Part shown: positions 55,096 through 62,355 of the stretch, in pieces | Numbering within the stretch: position 1 is the first letter of the stretch | Layout: each line of letters opens with the position of its first letter | Origin: Kiritimatiellia bacterium | GTDB lineage: Bacteria; Verrucomicrobiota; Kiritimatiellia; CAIVKH01 | Direction of reading: 5' to 3' | DNA length: 64,000 nucleotides | Assembly: GCA_035327585.1 (NCBI GenBank) | Contig: DAOLDD010000004.1 | Span: forward strand, 93,327 to 157,326 | The notes under the pieces: generated by a model | Database searches by the model: none | Told to the model about the DNA's origin: nothing | What the model saw: the letters and a program-made list of their open reading frames with translations, nothing else | Made by a program: the position numbers and the translations under genes

Positions 55096-57568
55096 TGAGT
55101 ACACGGTCGAATATGCGATCTATAAACGCTACGCGGCGGTGTTAAAGGCGTGTCTGGAGACTGCGTGTTCCGTGGCGCTGCCGGAGGCGCTGGTGCAGGC
55201 GCGGCCGAAGTCGATCGCCAGCTTCGCGGAGAAGTGCGTCCGCAAGCAGGACAAGTACAAGGACCCGGTGCGGGACATGACGGACCTGTGCGGCGCGCGC
55301 GTGATCGTGCAGACGCTGAAGCAGGTGAATGCGGTGCGCCAGTTCATCGAGGCGAATTTCAAGATCGAGGAGCGCGACGACAAGACGGAGTCGCTGGGCG
55401 CGACGGAATTCGGCTACCGCGACATGCACTACATCGTGCGCATTCGGACGGGCGAGCCGCCGCCGGGTTTCTCCGACGAGGACGTAGCCGCGATCGGCTG
55501 CCGCCGCGCGGAGGTGCAGGTGCGCACGTGGGTGCAGCACGCGTGGGCCGACACGCTGCATGACCGGATGTATAAGACGAAGCTGAAATATCCGGCCGAA
55601 TTCAAGCGCATCGGTGCGTTGCTGGCGGCCATCATGGAGGACGGAGATCGTTCGTTCGACCGGCTGGCCGAAGACATCGACGGCATGCTCGCCAACTATT
55701 CCGCGTTCGCCGCCCCGGACGATGTCCGGAAGGAAATTGAGGTGCAGCGACTGATCCTCGCGAATGCGCCGGCCCACAAGCGGCCCGGTATCGCGCTTTC
55801 CCTCGCGCGCCTGCTCGTCGCGACCGGCGACTACGCCGGCGCGGTGGCGGAATTGGAACCGCATGCCGCCACTGCGGGTTCGTTGCAGGATGAAATCGAG
55901 CTGGAACTGGGCCACGCGCGCTGTAGGAACCATGCCGCAGCCCCGCGTTCCGACGATTTTCGGAGGGGCCAGGCGGACCTGCAGGGCGTGGTGGACCGTC
56001 TGGCAAAACCGACGCGTTCTCATGTGCCGAACCTGCGCAAACAACGAAGCCTGCATGCTCGCGCGCTGGCCCGGCTGGCCTGGTCGCACAGCCTCCAGCC
56101 CGGCGGCGCGCCCACGGCGCGCAAGCTCTATCAGGCCGCCCTTGCGCTGGAACCGGCGAATCCATATTTCCTGGCCGAGGTCGTGGGGCACGAAATCCAT
56201 TGGCAGGGCGGGCCCGAGCAGGCCGCGTTGCTGGCGCCGCAGATACGCTCGGCGATCGGGACCTGTCGCGAACACCTGGAGAACGGCACTGAGATGCCCT
56301 ATGCCTGCTTCACCGCCGGGCGTTTGTGCCTGTTGCTGGGCGAACCGTACGACGCGCTGTGCCTGTATGCGCGCGGAATCCGCCACTTCCTCTCCGGCGC
56401 ATCCGCGATGCTGGCTGATGTGCTGGCCGCCGAGGAGCAATGGCTGCTGCTCGTTTGCGGCGCCCATGAACCGGCGGAAGGCTATCGTTGGTGCTTGGAT
56501 CTGTTGTTGCTGGCTCGGCGCGTCGGTTCAGCGGAGAACCCCGCGGGGGCATCGCCGGTGATTATCGTCGCGGGCGGAGCCGGTACGTTGGGCGGCGCCG
56601 AATCCGCGCTCGTCCAGAACCTGCTGTCCGGGGCCTTGCCCGGCTTGAATGGCCTTGTGATTTCCGGCGGCACCCGGGCGGGCACGCCCGGCGCGGTCGG
56701 CGCGGCGGCGGAAGCATCGGACCAACGGGGAGGGCGGACGTTCCGAACGCGAGGGTATCTGCCCGCGCTGCTGTCCGAACATGAGCCGCGCGACGAACGC
56801 TATGACGAATTGATCACGTGTGGCGAACACGGGTTCACTCCAGAACAGCCGTTGCGGTACTGGCGCGATCTGTTCGATGCGGGGACATCGCCCGCTTCGG
56901 TGCGGCTCTTCGGTTTCGGCGGCGGTCGGATCAGCGGGTGCGAGTACGCCGTCGCACTGGCGCTGGGTTCCACCGTGGGCCTCGTCGCTGGCTCGCGGGG
57001 TCGTGCCGACAGAATGCTTGCGGACCCGGCCTGGCGCGGCGAGGCGAACCTCATTCCCTTGCCCTGCGACCCTGCGACGGTACGCGCGTTTTTGCAGCCG
57101 CACCGTTCGGACATCCCGGAGGAAGCGATCGAGGGCATGGCCCGCAACTTCCACGAGACGTATGTTGCAGGAAGCGCGAACCGGTTGCCGGACAATATGA
57201 AGCCGTGGCCCAGGCTGCCCGAAACCTACAAAACCGCGAATCGCGAACAGGCGCGATGTGTCATCCGCATCCTGGAAGCCTGTGGATTCGTCGTGCGCCC
57301 GGCCGGTGCGAATCCGTCCGCCATCAACTTCACGGAGGAGGAGGTCGAGCGCATGGCCGAACTCGAGCATGGCCGCTGGAATGTCGAGCGATTGCGCGAC
57401 GGCTGGCGGCCCGGTCCGCGGGACGACGCGAACAAGCGGCATCCCTGCATCGTTCCGTGGTCAGATCGCAAAACGCTCACCGAAGCGATCAAAGACTACG
57501 ATCGCAACGCGGTCCGCCAGTTCCCCGCCCAACTAGCCCGCGTGGGGCTTGATGTGGTACGGCCCTGA
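55055..57568 (+). CDS. Multidomain protein: N-terminal RelA/SpoT-type (RSH) nucleotide pyrophosphokinase domain, TPR-like helical region, LOG/SLOG-like Rossmann domain, C-terminal RyR domain
   Basis: 837 aa. It overlaps the abiEii 3' end by 41 nt. The synthetase motifs DMTDLCGARVIV, GYRDMHYIV and EVQVRTWVQHAWADTLHDRMYK match the RelA/SpoT synthetase G/RxKxxxSxxxK...D..G.R, GY...H and E.Q.RT..QH.W.E motifs. The LOG-like block VIIVAGGAGTLGGAESAL...GLVISGGTRAGTPGAVGAAA matches the GGGxxGLMG-type pattern. The C-terminal RyR segment MAELEHGRWNVERLRDGWRPGPRDDANKRHPCIVPWSDRKTLTEAIKDYDRNAVRQ is a near-textbook match. Confidence 0.7.
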   Translation: MSKLDQTTHKRFIDEYTVEYAIYKRYAAVLKACLETACSVALPEALVQARPKSIASFAEKCVRKQDKYKDPVRDMTDLCGARVIVQTLKQVNAVRQFIEANFKIEERDDKTESLGATEFGYRDMHYIVRIRTGEPPPGFSDEDVAAIGCRRAEVQVRTWVQHAWADTLHDRMYKTKLKYPAEFKRIGALLAAIMEDGDRSFDRLAEDIDGMLANYSAFAAPDDVRKEIEVQRLILANAPAHKRPGIALSLARLLVATGDYAGAVAELEPHAATAGSLQDEIELELGHARCRNHAAAPRSDDFRRGQADLQGVVDRLAKPTRSHVPNLRKQRSLHARALARLAWSHSLQPGGAPTARKLYQAALALEPANPYFLAEVVGHEIHWQGGPEQAALLAPQIRSAIGTCREHLENGTEMPYACFTAGRLCLLLGEPYDALCLYARGIRHFLSGASAMLADVLAAEEQWLLLVCGAHEPAEGYRWCLDLLLLARRVGSAENPAGASPVIIVAGGAGTLGGAESALVQNLLSGALPGLNGLVISGGTRAGTPGAVGAAAEASDQRGGRTFRTRGYLPALLSEHEPRDERYDELITCGEHGFTPEQPLRYWRDLFDAGTSPASVRLFGFGGGRISGCEYAVALALGSTVGLVAGSRGRADRMLADPAWRGEANLIPLPCDPATVRAFLQPHRSDIPEEAIEGMARNFHETYVAGSANRLPDNMKPWPRLPETYKTANREQARCVIRILEACGFVVRPAGANPSAINFTEEEVERMAELEHGRWNVERLRDGWRPGPRDDANKRHPCIVPWSDRKTLTEAIKDYDRNAVRQFPAQLARVGLDVVRP

Positions 57569-57588
57569 CGGGGGGCTGAATCACCGCT

Positions 57589-60345
57589 ATGAAGCGCATC
57601 TTTATTTCCTATGCCCGCGGCGATGACGAGCCCTTCGTGCGCCGACTCCAGGCGGACCTGGTGAAGGCCGGTTTTAGGGTGTGGTTCGACCGCGAATCGC
57701 TGCTGTCGCGGGGCCTCACCTTTCACCAGGAAATCCGGGATGCCATACGAACGGAGGTGGATCGTGTCGTCTATATTGGTGGTCCGCAGGCGGCGGTTTC
57801 GACCTACGTCCGCGAGGAGTGGCAGACGGCACTGGCCTTCGATCACGTGACGGTGACGCCCATCCTGCGGTTGGGGGACTATGACGGCATACCGGGCGAA
57901 CTACGACTGCTTCACTGCGAGGATTTTCGATCGGACGCCTCATATCCGTCCGCCGTGGCGCGGCTGGTCGAAAGTCTGCGGGCGCCCAATCCTCGGATGG
58001 GAGCCCTGCATGCGGTGCCGGAGCTGCCGATCCACTTCCTTGACCGACCCGAGTTGATGGCACGGATGCGCGCTGCGCTGCTGGTGGATCTGCAAACCCC
58101 GAACGTACGGAAACGCGGTGAAACATATGTGGGCGTCCAAGGCATGGGTGGGATCGGTAAGTCGGTGCTGGCCGGCGCGCTGGCGCGCGATCGACTGGTC
58201 CGTCAGGCCTATCCCGATGGCGTGTTCTGGGTTTGCTGCGGGCCCCATATGACGCAGGACGATGCCCTGCATCGCCAGCGTGAACTGGTTCGAATGCTCG
58301 GTGGACGTGACGACTTCGTGACGGTGCGGGAGGGACTGGTTCGTCTGGGCGCGCGCCTGGCTGAACGCGCCGCGCTTCTTGTCCTGGACGATGTGTGGAC
58401 GGTCGGCGATGTTGCGGCTTTCGATGCGCTCGGCCCCCGCTGTCGGACGTTGATCACGACGCGCGATGCGGGGGTGCTTCATACCTTGCGCGGCGAAACC
58501 GTTCCGGTGTCGCTCTTTCGCGAAGAGGATGCGTTGCGACTTCTGGCGGACGCGGTGGGCCGGTCGCCGTCCGAACTCCCGCCCGGAAGCATCGAGGTGG
58601 CGCGCGCGTGCGGTTGTCTGCCCCTGGCGCTGGCCCTGTGCGGAGGCATGGCGCGAAAGCAGGGCGGCGACTTCCGCTGGGTTTTGGAACGCCTTCGGCG
58701 GGCGGAACTGGACAAAATTGCCGACCGCCAATCCCTACAGGAACAACACCGGAATCTATGGCGGGCCATGCAGGCAAGTGTGGATGTCCTGCCGGAATTG
58801 GAGCTGGCGCGCTTTCGTGAGCTGTCGGTGTTCGATCCGCAGCGTCCGGTGCCGGCCGCGGCGGCGTCAACACTGTGGGCGCACACCGGTTCCATGTCCG
58901 ACATGGACGCGGAAGATCTGCTGACCAGCCTGGCGGAGCGTTCACTTGTGCAGCGTGACGTGCCGGATCCGTCCGCGGGGCCGCGGCCGTTCAGCCTGCA
59001 CCCGCTGGTGTACGAGTATGCCCGGCGAGTGGCCGGAGACGAGCGGGTGCTGCACCAGAAACTGCTGGAGGCCTATCGACGGAAAGCTGGCGGGACATGG
59101 GATGCCATCGTGGATGACGGCTATGTGCGCGCCTTTCTACCGTCGCATCTGGTGGGTGCGGAGGCCTGGGACGAGTTGCTTCGCATCATCGATGCGCCGT
59201 TTTTCGGATGCCTACACCGATGGGTCGAGCAGGGCGAAACAGCGATGGGCGTGGATTGCCTTGCGCCCCTCGTCGATCACCTGCTGACGTCCGGGCGGGC
59301 GCGTGGCCGGGCTGCCGCGCTGGCCTGTCAACTAGCCCGTGTGCATACGCAGCGCGGTGAACCAGCGGAGTCGGAGCGGCGCCTTCGCCAGGCGCTTGCC
59401 CATGCCCGCTGGTGGCGGGACGGACGCACCCGCGCCATCGCGCATCACGAATTGGGTTCGCTGGCCCTGTATGTCGGCGACCGCGCAAAGGCAGGGCGAT
59501 GCTATCGCCGGGCGCTTTGGTGGGCACGCTGTCTGGGGCCGGCTCATCTGGATGAAGTCGCGGCCAACCGTCTCGCGCTCGCCACGCTGAATCTAGAGGA
59601 ATACGACTACGAATCCGCGATCGCGCAGGCGCGCGCAGCGTTACCCCTCGCGTCCCGCATGGGCGACGCGGCGCATGTGGTCGCCGCGCATCGCCTTCTC
59701 GCCTCCGCATTCAAGGATCTGATGCGCGCGGACGAGGCCATGCGTCATCTGGACGAGGCTGCCGCCGTGGCCCGGACGGCGGATCGGCCGGTTGAACTCT
59801 TGCACGTCCATCTCGCGCTGGGCTGGCTGCGCTACACGGAGGCCGTGCTGGCGGGCCACTCGTTCGATTCCGCCGCTGGAATCTTCCGGAAATTGATGAA
59901 AGAAGCTGGAGCCATGGAACAACTCTATGTGGAGTTGGAGGCCGCCCTGGGGCTGGTCTGGACACTCCTGGCGGATGGGGACCGCGATGCCGCTGCGCGT
60001 GCGCTGGAAGGCATTCAGGAGTCGCGTGCCTCCGCACACAAGGAGCTGGCCAGCATGTTGACATTGGGCCGGGCCAAGCTGCATCAGGAATGCGGCGTCG
60101 GGGATGCCGGGCGATTCTATCTGGAGGTGCTGGAGTGGGCGCGGGCCGCCGGCAAGCGCGGCATGGAATCGGATGCGTTGGTCGCGCTGGGCGCCGCCCG
60201 CTGGCATGGGGGCGACAGGGGTGGCGCCGAATCGTTGTGGGCCGAGGCGCGCGCGGCGGCCGCGCGGTGTGCGCCGGTCCGGCGCAGCCTGGTCGACCTG
60301 AGCATTGAGGCCGCCCGGAGGGACGCCCACTTCTCGCCGCGCTGA
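57589..60345 (+). CDS. TIR-NB-ARC-TPR STAND protein (bacterial TIR-domain NLR-like defence protein)
   Basis: 918 aa. N-terminal RIFISYARGDDEPFVRRLQADLVKAGFRVWFDRESLLSRG is a classic TIR start. Walker A GVQGMGGIGKSVLAGAL. Walker B ALLVLDDVW. NB-ARC GLPL-like CGCLPLAL. C-terminal TPR/helical repeats. Confidence 0.8.
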   Translation: MKRIFISYARGDDEPFVRRLQADLVKAGFRVWFDRESLLSRGLTFHQEIRDAIRTEVDRVVYIGGPQAAVSTYVREEWQTALAFDHVTVTPILRLGDYDGIPGELRLLHCEDFRSDASYPSAVARLVESLRAPNPRMGALHAVPELPIHFLDRPELMARMRAALLVDLQTPNVRKRGETYVGVQGMGGIGKSVLAGALARDRLVRQAYPDGVFWVCCGPHMTQDDALHRQRELVRMLGGRDDFVTVREGLVRLGARLAERAALLVLDDVWTVGDVAAFDALGPRCRTLITTRDAGVLHTLRGETVPVSLFREEDALRLLADAVGRSPSELPPGSIEVARACGCLPLALALCGGMARKQGGDFRWVLERLRRAELDKIADRQSLQEQHRNLWRAMQASVDVLPELELARFRELSVFDPQRPVPAAAASTLWAHTGSMSDMDAEDLLTSLAERSLVQRDVPDPSAGPRPFSLHPLVYEYARRVAGDERVLHQKLLEAYRRKAGGTWDAIVDDGYVRAFLPSHLVGAEAWDELLRIIDAPFFGCLHRWVEQGETAMGVDCLAPLVDHLLTSGRARGRAAALACQLARVHTQRGEPAESERRLRQALAHARWWRDGRTRAIAHHELGSLALYVGDRAKAGRCYRRALWWARCLGPAHLDEVAANRLALATLNLEEYDYESAIAQARAALPLASRMGDAAHVVAAHRLLASAFKDLMRADEAMRHLDEAAAVARTADRPVELLHVHLALGWLRYTEAVLAGHSFDSAAGIFRKLMKEAGAMEQLYVELEAALGLVWTLLADGDRDAAARALEGIQESRASAHKELASMLTLGRAKLHQECGVGDAGRFYLEVLEWARAAGKRGMESDALVALGAARWHGGDRGGAESLWAEARAAAARCAPVRRSLVDLSIEAARRDAHFSPR

Positions 60346-60351
60346 ACAGTT

Positions 60352-60933
60352 TCAACGCCGGCACTCGGAACGGGAAACGCGATACGGCGCGGAGCTGTGG
60401 TACGAGGATGGCGGGTCGATGCGCCTGAGATATCGCATGGGGTTTTCCAGAATCCGGTGGATCACGATTCCGCCCGCGACCTGTGGGTGCCAGCCCTGCT
60501 CAAGACACGCCGCCACCTCAACCCCAACATCTTCGCGCCTCATGTCGAACGCGGGGGGGATCTTGGCGGCCAGTGTGGCTATAATTTCGGCGGCGAGCTG
60601 CGTGGCCAGCTTCGTGAATGACCCATCGGCCCTTGCCGTGGCGAGTGCCTTTGCGTGCAGGTCCAGCAATTCCGCGCACACGCTTTTTACTTTGTTACCG
60701 GGCGTCTGTTTCAGGAGTCGCGCAAGGGTTATATCGCGGCTCAGAAGGGGAACAACCCTGACTCGCGTCTCCGGTTCCGTGTGAGCGTGGGAACGCCGAA
60801 CGGCCAGGGTGAAGGCTCGCAAATGGTCAATGCCGAGGATGGACAGAGCCTTTTTCTGGCACTCGTCCAACATCGCGCGTTTCCGCAGGCCGCGCAGCAG
60901 AAACTGCTTTCGCCATTTAGCCAGGACGCCCAA
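60352..60933 (-). pseudogene. Hypothetical ORF in a low-GC junction; possible degraded HDOD-like gene (frame-overlapping ORFs suggest frameshifts)
   Basis: 193-aa ORF with a TTG start. The segment KKALSILGIDHLRAFTLAV resembles the HDOD motif A(V/I)..LG...LR.L.L..V. A second ORF (60741..61061, minus) overlaps it in another frame. Local GC is well below the window average. Confidence 0.2.
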
Positions 60934-61215
60934 GGGAATAGCCTTTCAGCCTTGGAGCACTCTATCCGGTCCCCAGGGCGAAGTCCACAGCTGCTGAGAA
61001 GATCTTCGTTTACCGGCGCATTTCCACCACCCACTTCGATCATCGCGTAATCAGTGGTCATCGGCTGAAACGTTGTATTTGTGCGATGTGATCCATGTCG
61101 CGGACAAACTGGTCGATCTCGCCGTGGATTGACGCTACCTCTTTGGTGAGCCCGCCGATGGCCCTGCGCTCAACGCAGCATTGCGAATGGCCTCCGTCTG
61201 CCCTACAAAGCAGGC

Positions 61216-62355
61216 ATGTTTGACTTCGACACAGCGCCGGATCGGACCGGGACCGGCAGCCTCAAGTGGGATCGCTACAAGGGACGCGACGTGCTTCCGT
61301 TCTGGGTAGCGGACATGGACTTCCTGTCGCCGCCTGCGGTCGTCGAGGCGCTGCACGCACGCGCGGCACACGGCAACTTCGGCTACACGATTCCGTACGA
61401 TGGCGTGGTGGGTGAGGTGCTGGCCTATCTCAAGCGCCGACACGGCGTCGCGGCGCGGCCGGAATGGATCGTCTGGCTGCCGGGCCTTGTGCCGGGCCTA
61501 AATCTCGCCTGCCGCGCGTTTGGCGAGCCGGGCGATTCCGTGATGACCTGCACGCCGGTCTATCCGCCGTTTCTCAGCGCGCCAATTTTCCAGGATCGCA
61601 AACGCGTCGCGGTGCCGCTGCGCGCCGAGGCGGGACGCTGGTCGTTCGACTGGGAGGCCATGGAGCGCGCGGTCACGCCGGACACGCGGCTGTTTATCCT
61701 CTGCCATCCGCACAATCCCGTCGGCCGTGTCTGGCTGCGTGAGGAACTGGAGCAAGTCGTCGATTTCTGCGAGCGCCACAACCTGGTCCTCGTGTCGGAC
61801 GAGATCCACTGCGACCTGATCCTCGACGACGTGCCGTGGACGCCGACCCTCGCGCTGGGCGACCGCGCCGCCGCGCGCGCCATCACGTTCCACGCGCCGA
61901 GCAAGACCTACAACCTGCCCGGCCTCGCCTGCGCCTACGCGGTGATCCCGGACGACGGCCTGCGCACGACGTTCCTGCGCGCGTGCCGCGGCATCATCAC
62001 CGAGATCAACGCCTTCGGCTATGCCGGTTGCGCCGCCGCCTACCGGCACGGCGAACCGTGGCGGCAGGCGCTGCTGGCCTACCTGCGCGGCAACCGTGAC
62101 CTCGTCTACTCCTTCATCCGTGAACGCCTCCCGCAGATCACGCTGCACCCGATGGAAGCGACCTATCTCGCGTGGCTCGATGTGCGCGCGCTGAAGCTGG
62201 AGCACCCGCAGCGGTTCTTTGAAGACGCAGGCGTCGGCCTTTCCAACGGTGTCGATTTCGGTACGCCCGGCTTCCTGCGCCTCAACTTCGGCTGCCCGCG
62301 CACGCGGCTTGAGGAAGGCCTTGAGCGCATGGCGCGCGCACTGCCCCCGCCATGA
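61216..62355 (+). CDS. PLP-dependent C-S lyase / aminotransferase class I-II (MalY/PatB-like cystathionine beta-lyase)
   Basis: 379 aa. MFDFDTAPDRTGTGSLKWD is a typical MalY/PatB start. The PLP lysine lies in the segment FHAPSKTYNLPGL. Confidence 0.8.
   Translation: MFDFDTAPDRTGTGSLKWDRYKGRDVLPFWVADMDFLSPPAVVEALHARAAHGNFGYTIPYDGVVGEVLAYLKRRHGVAARPEWIVWLPGLVPGLNLACRAFGEPGDSVMTCTPVYPPFLSAPIFQDRKRVAVPLRAEAGRWSFDWEAMERAVTPDTRLFILCHPHNPVGRVWLREELEQVVDFCERHNLVLVSDEIHCDLILDDVPWTPTLALGDRAAARAITFHAPSKTYNLPGLACAYAVIPDDGLRTTFLRACRGIITEINAFGYAGCAAAYRHGEPWRQALLAYLRGNRDLVYSFIRERLPQITLHPMEATYLAWLDVRALKLEHPQRFFEDAGVGLSNGVDFGTPGFLRLNFGCPRTRLEEGLERMARALPPP

Noticed and set aside
60655-61050. 131-aa plus-strand ORF in the low-GC junction
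   Set aside because: It has no motifs and overlaps competing minus-strand ORFs. The region looks like decayed sequence. I kept only a low-confidence pseudogene call on the minus strand.
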